A DNA stretch of 64,000 bases from an uncultured Ruficoccus sp. (GTDB lineage: Bacteria > Verrucomicrobiota > Verrucomicrobiia > Opitutales > Cerasicoccaceae). The DNA lies in the NCBI GenBank assembly GCA_965140785.1, contig OZ223481.1, positions 512,001 to 576,000 of the forward strand, given 5' to 3'. The notes beneath the pieces are model-generated. The model did no database searches, was not told the origin of the DNA, and saw only the letters and a list, made by a program, of their open reading frames with translations. The position numbers were made by a program, and so were the translations under genes. Of the stretch, positions 47,227 through 58,085 are shown piece by piece. The stretch's first letter is position 1; every line of letters begins with the position of its first letter.

Positions 47227-48549
47227 ATGAGAAGCACATCAAGTTGGTTTCATGAAGCCACTTATGGTCTCTTTATTCATTGGGGGCCTTACGCCGTTTA
47301 CGGACGCGGAGAGCAGGTGCTCATGCGCGAGCTCCTAGATCAGCATTCGTACGCGCGTGACGCCTGCCAGTGGCGGCCATTGGCTTTCAATGCCGACGAC
47401 TGGGCTCGCATCGCGGTACAGGGCGGGTTTCGCTACGCGGTCCTGACGGCGCGCCATCACGACGGATTTTGCCTCTGGGACACGGCCACAACGGATTATT
47501 CGAGCGCGCGCCAGAGCGCTAGTCGTGATTTCGTGGCCGAGTATGTCGATGCGTTCCGTCATGCCGGACTGCGAGTCGGGCTCTATTATTCCTGGTGCGA
47601 CTTCCGCATCCCCGCCTTGTTCGACGGTCCAGATCAGAATCCGTCGGGCTGGGAACGGTTACGCGCCTATGTTCACGCGCAAGTACGGGAACTGATGAGC
47701 GCTTACGGAAAGATCGATATCCTGTGGTTCGATGGCGCTTGGCCCGGTTCGAGAGAGGACTGGAAGAGCCGTGAATTGGTCAAGGAGGTTCGGAGACTGC
47801 AGCCTGGAATATTGATTAACAATCGGCTCGGATTCCAGAATTCGGCCAGCGTCCTGCTCGATGAGCATACTGTCAATCAGAGCAACGATGGGGACTTTGG
47901 TACCCCCGAACGGGAAATCGTGGCTGTACCGGGAAGGCTTTGGGAGTCCTGTCAGGTGAGCACTTGGCGATTGTGGGGCTACTCGCCAGGCGAACGATGG
48001 TGGTCGGCGGATGTGCTCCTGGACCGACTGTTGGAGGCATCAAGCCAAGGCGGCAATCTCTTGCTCAATGTCGGCCCAGATGCCGACGGAAACATTCCGG
48101 AAGCCTTTTGCGAACGCAGCCAAGCCATCGGAGAATGGCTTGCGGTTCATGGGGAGGCCGTTTACGGTGTCGAAGCGGTGGACGCTGGGGAAGCAGTTCT
48201 GTTTGGCTGGCAAACACGGCGGGGCCGCATGCTCTATCTGATTATTCGGTTCTGGCCTGGCCCGACACTGCGTTTCCACGGTTTGATGACACCAGTCCGG
48301 GATGTGGTTTTCCTGACCACAGGCCAGCCGTTGTCGTGGCGGCAGGACAAAGATGATTGCGGCCTGCGTATTGACGGACTACCGGAATGCCAACCGAACA
48401 CATTTTTCCCCGTTATTCGGGTTGAGTTGGACGGCGATCCTAGCACTTGGCCTACTTATCAACCCGGGCTCTGGACCGGCGACCCGGGCCGCCTGAAAGC
48501 CTGGGCGGCCAAGCGGGGGCCTGGAGGTATGGCCGACGGCTCTTGGTGA
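47227..48549 (+). CDS. alpha-L-fucosidase family (GH29)
   Basis: GLFIHWG, TARHHDGF.LW, GLYYS, WFDG nucleophile, LLLNVGP. Confidence 0.92.
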   Translation: MRSTSSWFHEATYGLFIHWGPYAVYGRGEQVLMRELLDQHSYARDACQWRPLAFNADDWARIAVQGGFRYAVLTARHHDGFCLWDTATTDYSSARQSASRDFVAEYVDAFRHAGLRVGLYYSWCDFRIPALFDGPDQNPSGWERLRAYVHAQVRELMSAYGKIDILWFDGAWPGSREDWKSRELVKEVRRLQPGILINNRLGFQNSASVLLDEHTVNQSNDGDFGTPEREIVAVPGRLWESCQVSTWRLWGYSPGERWWSADVLLDRLLEASSQGGNLLLNVGPDADGNIPEAFCERSQAIGEWLAVHGEAVYGVEAVDAGEAVLFGWQTRRGRMLYLIIRFWPGPTLRFHGLMTPVRDVVFLTTGQPLSWRQDKDDCGLRIDGLPECQPNTFFPVIRVELDGDPSTWPTYQPGLWTGDPGRLKAWAAKRGPGGMADGSW

Positions 48550-48571
48550 TAGGGCCTGGGGGCTCCTTCCC

Positions 48572-50356
48572 TCAAGTCTGCGTACGGCGATAGGCAAGAG
48601 GGGAGATCTTGAACACGCGCTTGAAAGCCGGGATGAACGATCCGGCGGATGCGTATTGGGCCTTGCGAGCTATTTCGGATACCGGTAGCCGGGTGTGGCG
48701 CAGCTCTAATGCGGCCTGCGCCAGACGTTGGTTACGAACGACCTGGGCGGGCGTTCCGCTATCCCATTGCATATTTAATTTGCGCGTCGTATGTCTGCGT
48801 GAGTAACCTAACTGTTCAGAGAATTTGGTAATGGTTTTTATCTGACGGTAAAAGGATTTCGACATATATTGACATAAGTCGGGCATTGCGGTGCCTTGGT
48901 CGGAATTGAGGGCTTTGACTTGGCCTGACCGGAGAAGCTGCCACCAGCTTTGCAGCCATTCGAAGGCGGCACGGGAAGAAATCACGGATGGGAAATGACG
49001 ATTGGCATGCCAATGCTCGACCCACTTCTGGGCGAAAAGTACGGGTTTGCTTTCCAGGGGCACAGTTGCCGCCCAGTCATGTGCCGCTCCCAGTGCCATT
49101 AAGGCATTATTCCCCCAATTGCATCGACAGTTGAGCCACAGTCGCCGCCAATGGCGTTGTCCATTGAGTTTGGGGGTTGCCCAGCGTCCATTCATAGGCT
49201 GGGGATAAACCACTACCGTGCCGGGGCGGACTTGAAGGGTGGTGTTGCCGGTTTCAAATAAGGCTTCGCCTTCCAAAGTGACCACCCAGAACATTGCGCT
49301 TGTCACTGTGTTGAATGAAAGCTCGAAAGGACTTTCGTATAGCACTTCAGATATGCCTCCATCAAATTGGAAATACGCATCTCCCCAAACGGCAACCGGA
49401 GCGTGCTTGCCTTGAAGTAGGTGCTCATGATCGACGGAAGAGAGAGTTGCCATTTTCACCTTTTTGTGTGGGGCTGGCGACGCTAGCGTTTTCTTGTACC
49501 CGATAGCCCTCGCCTGCGAGGGACGGTAGCCTGTCTCTTTCTTAAAGGTTGTTGCGAAGGAGGACGAGTTGGCAAAGCCGCAACGCTTGGCAATTTCGTC
49601 TATTGTCAGCGTTTCTTCCATGAGCAGTTTCCATGCGTACTGCTGCCGAATGTATTTGAGGACACGGGTTGTGGGCTTATTCCACATTTTTCTTAGCTGT
49701 TGGCTCAACCACACCGAAGAACATCCAAAATACTCTGACAGGCTTTTAATACTGTGGCCGTGATTCTCGAAGATGTCCGTCAGACAGCTGGTGTCGCCGG
49801 AAAGCAACGCGTGCAAATGCAACTGATTCCTTTCTGAGTTCAGGTGAAGACGTGATAACCAATCAAAGATGTATTTGGACAATTCCTCAGGGGAGCCTTG
49901 GGCACTTGCGGCTTTAGCCAGTTTAATGGCGCTTTGAATGACTACCGATCGTGTTGGAAAATACAGATTCGAGCCAAAACGTTGCACCAAATAACGGATG
50001 TAATCGGTGGAAAGTGAGCCAGAGAATTCAAGCAGCAGCCCAATTGGAGACTTGCTATGATTACGCTTGGGAAGCTCAAGATGGAGCTGCATCCGATTCG
50101 CCGGCATATCTGTATTCCAGATACTTCCCGGTTTGAGTATGTCCACTTTTCCACTGATCGGGTCAGCCAATTTCCCCCGGCCTCGCAGCCAGATGAGTTG
50201 GCATGGACCATACAGGTTATTTAAGGGTATTTTTGTGGGCGTTATCGGTAGTATCCATTGATGGCTTTTCAGTGCAAACAGGACGTGGCAGCCTAAAAAG
50301 TCAAACGGTGACATGAGAGGCTTCAAGAGAGGTTTTTCTCGTGGGGTCGAAACCAT
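48572..50356 (-). CDS. tandem (double) AraC-family regulator
   Basis: Two AraC HTH ends: IAKRCGFANSSSFATTFKKETG and IARKAQYASAGSFIPAFKRVF. Confidence 0.85.
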   Translation of the reverse strand: MVSTPREKPLLKPLMSPFDFLGCHVLFALKSHQWILPITPTKIPLNNLYGPCQLIWLRGRGKLADPISGKVDILKPGSIWNTDMPANRMQLHLELPKRNHSKSPIGLLLEFSGSLSTDYIRYLVQRFGSNLYFPTRSVVIQSAIKLAKAASAQGSPEELSKYIFDWLSRLHLNSERNQLHLHALLSGDTSCLTDIFENHGHSIKSLSEYFGCSSVWLSQQLRKMWNKPTTRVLKYIRQQYAWKLLMEETLTIDEIAKRCGFANSSSFATTFKKETGYRPSQARAIGYKKTLASPAPHKKVKMATLSSVDHEHLLQGKHAPVAVWGDAYFQFDGGISEVLYESPFELSFNTVTSAMFWVVTLEGEALFETGNTTLQVRPGTVVVYPQPMNGRWATPKLNGQRHWRRLWLNCRCNWGNNALMALGAAHDWAATVPLESKPVLFAQKWVEHWHANRHFPSVISSRAAFEWLQSWWQLLRSGQVKALNSDQGTAMPDLCQYMSKSFYRQIKTITKFSEQLGYSRRHTTRKLNMQWDSGTPAQVVRNQRLAQAALELRHTRLPVSEIARKAQYASAGSFIPAFKRVFKISPLAYRRTQT

Positions 50357-50434
50357 GGCATGTATGTCTCAAATATTGAATTAATATTCAAATAAAAAGT
50401 AGTAGAACATTCTAGAAACTGTTAATATGCAACC

Positions 50435-50452
50435 TTGTTAATGCATTAACAA
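50435..50452. promoter_or_regulatory. perfect 18-bp palindrome in the divergent promoter region
   Basis: TTGTTAATGCATTAACAA, 8 nt before the ATG at 50461. Confidence 0.55.
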
Positions 50453-50460
50453 ATATCACC

Positions 50461-52164
50461 ATGAATACCCTATATAGTCAAAAAAAACAAGTTTACATAA
50501 ATAATAGTAAAACATGGCACACTGTTCGTGTTGCTTTTGCATATGTCGTGCTCTGTATTGCCCTCAAAGGGGCAAACGCTTCTGAATTAGTATGGACCGG
50601 AGGAGGTGATGATGACCTCTGGAATAATACAGAGAATTGGGACCCGATGTCCGTTTCGACAAGTTCTGACACTGCGATCTTTAACACTAGTGGCGACTAC
50701 GATGTTTCCATCCCCTCCGACGCCGCACAGTACGTCGGGAACATCACCTTCGGATCATCCGCCACTGGCACGGTTACTGTCAACCTTCAGAAACGTCTAA
50801 ATGTCGGTATTGTCGGCACGGGAGGAACGATTAGCGTGCTGTCTGGCAATCATGAGTTCGTGGGCAAGAACAGCGATGCCGGCGACATTTGGTTCAACGG
50901 GTCGATTTATGACAGTGTCGGCCCGTTGATTATATGGAATACGGACTCGGGGACTTCGTTGACCTTCACGGATACCCATATGCGGGTCAACCACAACAAC
51001 ACCAAAATAGCCAAGACCGGAGCCGGGCTTGTGGTTTTGGCTGGCAATAACGTCGGGACGACGAACGCATGGCGCTTCGCTCGTTTTGATGTCGAGGAGG
51101 GCACGCTAAAAATCGCCCATGACATGGCGACCGGATACATTGGCAATAATTATCGTGTGTTTGATGGTGCCACCATGGAACTGGCCGCTGATTATAATTC
51201 AATTGGCGGCAGTTTGTCTCTGTACGGCGCCGGCGTCGATGGTTCCGGAGCCATTTATAATTCCAGTGGTGACAATTCTATCAACGAAGGGAGCGGTACC
51301 ATCCTGTTGGTTACTGATTCCACCATTAGTGTTAACGATGGCTCGACACTGACTATACAGCAGGATATCTCCGGGAATGGAAGGCTAGTGAAGGACGGGG
51401 CGGGCCTGTTGCGTTTGTCTCAAAGCACGACTGCGAGCACATATAGTGGCGGTACAACGGTGAACGCTGGTATCCTTCAAGTCTCGCATAACAACGCGCT
51501 CGGTGTGGGCTCGGTTCAGGTTAACTCCAGTGCCGAACTGAAAATCGATTCAAGTGTGACCGTCGATAACGATATTGCCCTTGACGATGGTAGCGTGACC
51601 CGGTCGGTGCTCTTGGGCCAGGCTTGGGATCTGGGAACCAGTGGTAGTATTTACAGCGATATGGAAAGTGGCGTGGCTACCTCAGCCCAAATACTTTCCT
51701 CGCAGAACGCATCTGCCGCTGGAAACCTTTCCTATGCCTTTTCCACCTCCTCCATCGCCACTAACGATGAACTGCGCGTCTCTGATGTTTTCAGTGCAAG
51801 CGGAACCGGTTCTGACATCTACGTTCTCCAACTAAAGGTTGCCAATATAGAAGGGCTCTATGAGCTGGGCTGGCTAAACGGAGAGGATTTATGGGTCAAT
51901 GCAATCGATGGGAATTCCCAGTTGGGTGGCTCCGCCATCAGCAATATCGCGGGAAATTTTGAATCCTCCGGCGCCTCCGCGACTTCAGATTATCTCGGCA
52001 CATGGGGATACGACAGTTCCTCGGGGACGGTTTGGGCTATTTTGGATCATGACGGACAATTTTCCGTGATCACTTCAGTGCCCGAGCCCGCCGAATACGC
52101 AGCTATGTTCAGTATGGCTCTGTTCGCCCTCATCCTGTTCCATCGCAGAGGGGCGTTTATTTAA
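50461..52164 (+). CDS. PEP-CTERM surface protein with autotransporter-associated beta-strand repeats
   Basis: WTGGG...W....NW, LVKDGAG.L.L..TYSGGTTVNAG.L, C-terminal VPEPAEY..FHRR. Confidence 0.9.
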   Translation: MNTLYSQKKQVYINNSKTWHTVRVAFAYVVLCIALKGANASELVWTGGGDDDLWNNTENWDPMSVSTSSDTAIFNTSGDYDVSIPSDAAQYVGNITFGSSATGTVTVNLQKRLNVGIVGTGGTISVLSGNHEFVGKNSDAGDIWFNGSIYDSVGPLIIWNTDSGTSLTFTDTHMRVNHNNTKIAKTGAGLVVLAGNNVGTTNAWRFARFDVEEGTLKIAHDMATGYIGNNYRVFDGATMELAADYNSIGGSLSLYGAGVDGSGAIYNSSGDNSINEGSGTILLVTDSTISVNDGSTLTIQQDISGNGRLVKDGAGLLRLSQSTTASTYSGGTTVNAGILQVSHNNALGVGSVQVNSSAELKIDSSVTVDNDIALDDGSVTRSVLLGQAWDLGTSGSIYSDMESGVATSAQILSSQNASAAGNLSYAFSTSSIATNDELRVSDVFSASGTGSDIYVLQLKVANIEGLYELGWLNGEDLWVNAIDGNSQLGGSAISNIAGNFESSGASATSDYLGTWGYDSSSGTVWAILDHDGQFSVITSVPEPAEYAAMFSMALFALILFHRRGAFI

Positions 52165-52207
52165 GCAGTGCCCAATCTGCTCTTTGTATCCCTAATCGAT
52201 TCTCCCA

Positions 52208-52921
52208 ATGCCCCTACAAATTACCCTATCTGCGGTCAGTCGTTTTCGGTCACACCGAGTCCGCCATCTAGGATTCTCGTTAATAGAATTATTGGCGGTG
52301 ATGGTGATCATAGCATTGCTCTGCCCGCTTATATTCTCGGTAATTGGCAAAGTCCGTCAGCTGTCGCAGGCAACTTCCTGCGCCAGCAATTTGCGGCAGT
52401 GTGGAGTGGCCCTCAATTTGTACGCGACAAATAATGGGGGCTACTTCCCCGCTGCATTGGAGGCTGATTTGCGTTCCTGGGCCGTGGAGCTGAGCCGAGG
52501 TGGCTATCTGCCCCGGTTGGAAGAGGATATGCCATCTGTTGCGGTCTGCCCCAGTGGAGCTTCACAAGGGGATTACAAGGATTTTCGCCGGGTTTATGGG
52601 ATGTGGTGTGGCAATGCGGATACAGGAATGTATCAGTTCAATCGAGATGTTCCCTGTTATCGCCTATCCCTGGAGAAGCTGGAGGCCAACCGTATCATCT
52701 TGGCGGACTCGGGACGATGTGAGTATGCGGAAGCTTGGGACCAGTCCTATTTCATTCAAGGCGGCAAGGGAAAGCGTGAGAGTAATTCCTCCAACAAAGT
52801 CATCAAGCTGGCCCATAATGGCAAAGCAAATGTTGTTTTTGCCGATGGACACCTTGAGGCGGTCGATGCGGAGTATCTAGTGCGGGATGGCCGCTACAAC
52901 TGGACCGAGCACGACGAGTAA
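52208..52921 (+). CDS. prepilin-type N-terminal cleavage protein with H-X9-DG motif
   Basis: GFSLIELLAVMVII, CASNLRQ, HNGKANVVFADGH. Confidence 0.92.
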   Translation: MPLQITLSAVSRFRSHRVRHLGFSLIELLAVMVIIALLCPLIFSVIGKVRQLSQATSCASNLRQCGVALNLYATNNGGYFPAALEADLRSWAVELSRGGYLPRLEEDMPSVAVCPSGASQGDYKDFRRVYGMWCGNADTGMYQFNRDVPCYRLSLEKLEANRIILADSGRCEYAEAWDQSYFIQGGKGKRESNSSNKVIKLAHNGKANVVFADGHLEAVDAEYLVRDGRYNWTEHDE

Positions 52922-52972
52922 TCATTCAGATCGCTTTCAGTGCGGTCGTAACCGAGCACAAAACACACGATT

Positions 52973-55792
52973 ATGTTTATCTATTCGAAACCGAGCCCGC
53001 TCATTTATTGTTTGATAGGATTTTTGGCAGCGACACCGATCATTAACCGGTGTGAGGCGGCTTCTCCGGAGCCGGGAATTGAGGCCTTGGCTCTGGAATC
53101 CGGAGGCTCGTTTTGCTTTGATGATCTGACCTTCGCTCTCTTGCACTTTGCTCCCAAGTGGGAACGCACATTGCAGTCGGTTAAAACCTCGGCCGGCAAC
53201 TATGATGCGCCCAAGAATGGCTTCTGGGATTGGACTGGGCATATGAACGTCCAGGGTAAGCAATCTAGCCAGATCAGCATCCGGGAGGAGTTTTCCATAC
53301 TGAATCCGCAGTCCTTCTCCTTGGATTACTCGGTTTCGTCCGCAACCCCGGACGGACTGCCAACCCGAGAGTTCTCCCTGGAGATTAGCCTGCCCGCCAT
53401 GATATCCGTCGGGCGTACAATTTGGATGGATCGCGCCCCCCTGAGGGTCCCGATTATTGCCAGTGACTTTGTCCTGGCATCGCCAACGCAAGTGAACTGT
53501 ATGCGTCTGCCATCAGCTACGGGAGAAATCCAAATCAGCTCGGACAAGCCCTTTACCGTTCGAGTTGAAGACATGCGAGCCTGGAAGTACCCGAGCTTTG
53601 ATATCCGTGTGAGGATCCAGTTCCCTATGTCCGGTGAAAGCATGCCAAATTCATCGCTCAGCCTTTATCTGGAGTACGTGCCTGGGGCGGTTGAGAATTT
53701 GGATGCGCCGCTTGTGATGAAGCCTGGTCCCGAGTGGGCTCCTTACCGACACTTGGTTGGTATCGAGCCGGGTGGGGTGTTTGATTTTTCCTTTATGTCT
53801 GATGCCCCGGCCGGCAAACATGGAGCTGTGGTCGCCACTTCCGACGGGCATCTTGAGTTTGCGAATCGTCCGAGTGAGACGGTTCGTTTCTGGGGAGTGA
53901 ATCTGTGTTTCACCGCCCTCTATCTGGATAAGCAGGAAGCGGACAAGCTGGCATCACGGCTTGCAGCCTCCGGGTATAATACCGTACGCTTTCATCACTA
54001 TGATGCCGGCCTCGCTCAAAAGGGCGAGCGCACCGACAGCGTATTTAATCCCGAGAAGCTGGACCAGCTTGATTATCTATTTTACGCTATGAAGCGTGCG
54101 GGTCTCTACATCAATATTGATCTTTTTACCGTGCGCTCTTGGAATTTTACGGCGGAGGAAAAAGCCGAAATGGGCATGGAGTTCGACGGCAGCGAAATTT
54201 ACGCCTTTAAGGCCTTGATACCGATTTCGGAAGCCGCGATGTCCAATTGGGAGAGGTTTGCGAGTTCCCTGTTAACCCATAAAAATCCTTACACCGGGCT
54301 GACTTGGGCTCAAGATCCTGCCTTAATGGGCATTTGTCCTGTCAACGAGGATGTCCTCTCTTGGGAAAAGATCGGCAAATATCCGGCCATTCTGGACCGC
54401 TATGAAAAAGCCTTTGAGCGCTGGTGGAAGCAGCCCGCTAACCGCGCCAAGGTGAGCAACAACGAGTCGTATGGGCGCAATCGCTTCCTTTTCGAAATTC
54501 ATATCCAGGCAGACCACCGGATGCATGACTATCTGCGCTCTCTGGGGGTGGACGCTCTTCTGACGGGGGTGAATTTTCTCAACATGCAAGGCCTGGCTTA
54601 TGTGCGAGAGCAGTATGATCTCGTGGACAATCACCAGTATTGGGCGCATCCGCAAAGAGTGCCCGGGGATAAAGAGCGTCTGTATACGGGCTTCTCACAG
54701 AAGAGTTCCGTGGCTTGTCTGGCGGAAAGTCCGCGCGGGATCATGCAATCTCGACTATGGGGAAAGCCTTATACCGTTACTGAGTTTAATTTCCTCTCGC
54801 CGAATCAGTTCCGGGCTGAGGGGGGGATCCTGATTCCAGCCTATGCCAGTCTTCAGGATTGGGACGCGCTGTATAATTTTGAATATGCATCCCGCCAGTC
54901 CTATGCGATGGAAGGTGGAACCGCTCGGACGTTTTCCTTGACGGCTGATCCGATTGGTTTGCTAGCTGACAGGGTCTCCGCACTGCTTTTTCGACGGGGC
55001 GATATCGAAACTTCCAGCCACGCTGTCGGCTTTGCGATCAATGAAAACAGTGCCTTTGTCGAGGAGGATGCACAGGTCCCGGTTGAATTTACTAAAATAG
55101 GCCTGGTCTGCCGCATTGGCTCGGGTACGAAGCCCCCTCAGGAGCAACTTATCGACTATGGTCTGGATTCCGTCGTGGTCGAGGATAGCACGCCCATCGC
55201 TCCGGGTTCATCTGATGTTTATCACGCCAACAAGGCTCTCTTGAGCCATCTGTTGAGCGACGGCATTTTGCCCGCTGGGTCCATCGACCAGCGAGAAAAT
55301 TACTTTCGCAGCGATACGGGTGAGATCGAGTTGTGGGCCGACAAAGGGAGCGCGCAGGTCATCGCTAAACGCTGTGAATTGTTTGTCCTGCCCGCGCAGG
55401 TGGCTCTCGATGGAGATGTAGTTTCTGTGCAAAACGGCGCAAGTTTCGCGACGGTATCTGTGGTCGCTGTTGATGGGGCACCGCTGGTGGACAGTTCGCG
55501 AATATTGGTGCTTCATTTGACGGATGCATTGCCCAGCGAAACCCGCTTTGCGATGTCAGACAGAACCGTCCTAGACAAATGGGGAACAGCACCTCATCTC
55601 GTCCGAAAGGGGGGAACTGACATTGTCTTACATTTGGATGAGCATGCAAACTATCAAGCCTGGGTGGTTGATGCAACTGGAAGGCGTGTGCGTGAAGCGC
55701 CATTTCAACGGAGCGGGCAAGCTTGGGTTCTGTCTGCGGAGACGATTTCTCCCGAAGGGACCCAGTTGGCCTATGAAATCGTCCGCTTATAA
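52973..55792 (+). CDS. secreted clan GH-A-like glycoside hydrolase
   Basis: Signal-like N-terminus, RFWGVN, GYNTVRFHH, NPYTG, VNE and TEFN glutamates. Confidence 0.75.
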   Translation: MFIYSKPSPLIYCLIGFLAATPIINRCEAASPEPGIEALALESGGSFCFDDLTFALLHFAPKWERTLQSVKTSAGNYDAPKNGFWDWTGHMNVQGKQSSQISIREEFSILNPQSFSLDYSVSSATPDGLPTREFSLEISLPAMISVGRTIWMDRAPLRVPIIASDFVLASPTQVNCMRLPSATGEIQISSDKPFTVRVEDMRAWKYPSFDIRVRIQFPMSGESMPNSSLSLYLEYVPGAVENLDAPLVMKPGPEWAPYRHLVGIEPGGVFDFSFMSDAPAGKHGAVVATSDGHLEFANRPSETVRFWGVNLCFTALYLDKQEADKLASRLAASGYNTVRFHHYDAGLAQKGERTDSVFNPEKLDQLDYLFYAMKRAGLYINIDLFTVRSWNFTAEEKAEMGMEFDGSEIYAFKALIPISEAAMSNWERFASSLLTHKNPYTGLTWAQDPALMGICPVNEDVLSWEKIGKYPAILDRYEKAFERWWKQPANRAKVSNNESYGRNRFLFEIHIQADHRMHDYLRSLGVDALLTGVNFLNMQGLAYVREQYDLVDNHQYWAHPQRVPGDKERLYTGFSQKSSVACLAESPRGIMQSRLWGKPYTVTEFNFLSPNQFRAEGGILIPAYASLQDWDALYNFEYASRQSYAMEGGTARTFSLTADPIGLLADRVSALLFRRGDIETSSHAVGFAINENSAFVEEDAQVPVEFTKIGLVCRIGSGTKPPQEQLIDYGLDSVVVEDSTPIAPGSSDVYHANKALLSHLLSDGILPAGSIDQRENYFRSDTGEIELWADKGSAQVIAKRCELFVLPAQVALDGDVVSVQNGASFATVSVVAVDGAPLVDSSRILVLHLTDALPSETRFAMSDRTVLDKWGTAPHLVRKGGTDIVLHLDEHANYQAWVVDATGRRVREAPFQRSGQAWVLSAETISPEGTQLAYEIVRL

Positions 55793-55864
55793 CAATGATG
55801 GTTCAAACAGACCAATGACGGCTCGTGTATGGTCATCGTCTGCTTGCCTTGGCGGAATATAAAG

Positions 55865-56950
55865 ATGAGGATGGGCGAGATGTCACATCAGACTTTTCCC
55901 GTCGCGGACGGGTTTCAGCGCCAGTCGCTCGTAAACCAATTAGCGAATCGTATTCGCCTGGAAATTGAAAGGCAAACGTGGGGAAGCTGGTTGCCGAGTG
56001 AGCGAGAACTGGTGGCGATTTATCTGGTCGCACGTAACACACTGCGGGCGGCTTTGTGTAGTTTGACGAAGGCAGGCTTGATCGAACCGAAACATGGTGT
56101 CGGTTATCGTATTGTTCGAGGGAAGTCGCTGGTGATAAACACCGCCAAGCTAAGCGTTGGTTTGCTTTTGTCGGGACAACCGGATTGTTTGGAGCCAAAT
56201 CAGTTATCCTTGATCAGTGAACTGCGGGCCTGCTTAATGAAGCAGAAACTGGATTTGCATATCCATTCACGAAGAACTTATGTCCGGGCATTAGGCGATT
56301 ACAGTTGCTGGGTTTTGCTGATGTCGGAGCATGTCCTGCAAAAGCGCTTTTTCGATAACGATATCCCATGTGTTGTGGCTGGGACGACCTATTCCGACAT
56401 TGACTTGCCCTCGGTTGATATTGATCACCGCTGCGTTTGCCGACATGCGGTTGGAATGCTGATTGCACGCGGTCACCGTCGGCTTGCCTACATATCCCTA
56501 AAGCCTGTTTGTGCGGGAGATATCCAGAGTGAGTTTGGTTTTTCGGAGGGGGTACGTTTGAGCAACGAAAAGGGCCTTTCTATCCGCATCGTTCATCATG
56601 ACGGCACTCGCGTTGGACTGGCTCGAATGATGAAGCAGTTAATGTCCCAGGCGAATCCACCGACAGGGATACTGGTAAGAAATTCTTACCATTACCTGAC
56701 GCTGAGGGAGCTATTCTTGCATGGGGGTGGGCTTAATAAACGGAGCCTGGATTTAATAAGCCGCGATGACGCTCCGTTTCTCAGTCACTTGATCCCCGCA
56801 CCCATGAGATACGTCCTGGCTCCGGCGAAAATTGCTCAGGCGATCTCCCAAGAGATACAAAATATGAATATAAAACGGAAATGCCAGGTCCGGCTTGTCC
56901 CAGAGTTCATACCAGGGGATGATATGGCCTTCGGGTTGTCCTTAAATTGA
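55865..56950 (+). CDS. GntR-HTH / LacI-type sugar-binding transcriptional regulator
   Basis: LPSERELV...VARNTLRAAL; GHRRLAYI periplasmic-binding-fold sensor. Confidence 0.88.
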   Translation: MRMGEMSHQTFPVADGFQRQSLVNQLANRIRLEIERQTWGSWLPSERELVAIYLVARNTLRAALCSLTKAGLIEPKHGVGYRIVRGKSLVINTAKLSVGLLLSGQPDCLEPNQLSLISELRACLMKQKLDLHIHSRRTYVRALGDYSCWVLLMSEHVLQKRFFDNDIPCVVAGTTYSDIDLPSVDIDHRCVCRHAVGMLIARGHRRLAYISLKPVCAGDIQSEFGFSEGVRLSNEKGLSIRIVHHDGTRVGLARMMKQLMSQANPPTGILVRNSYHYLTLRELFLHGGGLNKRSLDLISRDDAPFLSHLIPAPMRYVLAPAKIAQAISQEIQNMNIKRKCQVRLVPEFIPGDDMAFGLSLN

Positions 56951-57001
56951 ACCAGTTGATTTCGATTGTTCCCCAACTGGAATATGCCACTCATCGAGAT
57001 C

Positions 57002-57943
57002 ATGCAAACTTCTCATCATTTTCGTTTACAAGGCCTTATCGCTGCGTCGTTCACGCCTTTTCAGAAAGACGGCTCGGTCAATACGAGCGTGATTCCTGAC
57101 TATGCCGCTTTTCTTAAGGAACGGGGCGTTCAGGCCGTCTTTATCGCTGGTACTACCGGCGAGGGGGCCTCGCTCAGCCAGGAAGAGCGGGAATGCATGG
57201 CTGGGGCTTGGCTGCGCTGCAGGACACTTCCTGTTGTCGTACATGTTGGCCATACCTCCTTGACTGATGCGTGTCGTCTTGCCCGCCATGCCGCGGATAA
57301 CGGGGCTGCGGCTATTGCCGCGATAGCCCCCTATTTCTATAGGCCCGGATCGTGTGGTGAACTGGTCAACTGGTGCGAGGCAGTTGCTTCGACAGTGCCA
57401 GAACTACCATTTTACTATTACCATATGCCTTCGACAACCGGAGTAGATCTGCCCATGTCTTCATTTCTTCCACTGGCGGTTCAGCGTATCGAAAACTTTA
57501 GGGGACTTAAGTTTTCACATGATAATATATCCGACTATGGGTCATGCGTTCAATGCTACCATGGGGATATTGATCTGGTATGGGGAAAGGATGAAAAACT
57601 ATTTGAGGCTTTGAGCGTTGGAGCGCAGGCGGCCATCGGAACTACATACAATTACGCATCAGCGCTGTATTTTAGACTGATTGACGCTTACCGGAAAGGA
57701 GAGACTGCCATTGCGCGCAGCTTGCAGGATCAGTCCATTGCAATGATTGATGCTTGCTGTTCATTGGGCGTGTCTCATTTGGCGGCGGCAAAGACACTCA
57801 TGTCCGATTTTGATTTGGATTGTGGCCCGGTCCGCTTGCCACTGGTCAATCCGACCGCTCATCAATTGGTTGCGCTCCGAGTACGTCTGAATCAAATCGG
57901 CTATTTCGACGACAACTTTTCCAACCCGATGCTCTCGGTGTGA
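57002..57943 (+). CDS. DapA/NanA-family class I aldolase (N-acetylneuraminate lyase-like)
   Basis: TPF, GTTGEG, YYYHMP, GLKFS Schiff-base Lys, GTTYNY. Confidence 0.88.
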   Translation: MQTSHHFRLQGLIAASFTPFQKDGSVNTSVIPDYAAFLKERGVQAVFIAGTTGEGASLSQEERECMAGAWLRCRTLPVVVHVGHTSLTDACRLARHAADNGAAAIAAIAPYFYRPGSCGELVNWCEAVASTVPELPFYYYHMPSTTGVDLPMSSFLPLAVQRIENFRGLKFSHDNISDYGSCVQCYHGDIDLVWGKDEKLFEALSVGAQAAIGTTYNYASALYFRLIDAYRKGETAIARSLQDQSIAMIDACCSLGVSHLAAAKTLMSDFDLDCGPVRLPLVNPTAHQLVALRVRLNQIGYFDDNFSNPMLSV

Positions 57944-58085
57944 CTTCCCAAATAAACAGTGCGGACGCAAATAAGTCGTCGCCTCATTCCGTTCGCTGAA
58001 GAGCAAAGCGAGATCATTAGCCATGATTTTCCTTATCCGTCATGAATGACAACTGTACCCGCGTTCTGGCAGAAATCATCCGATC

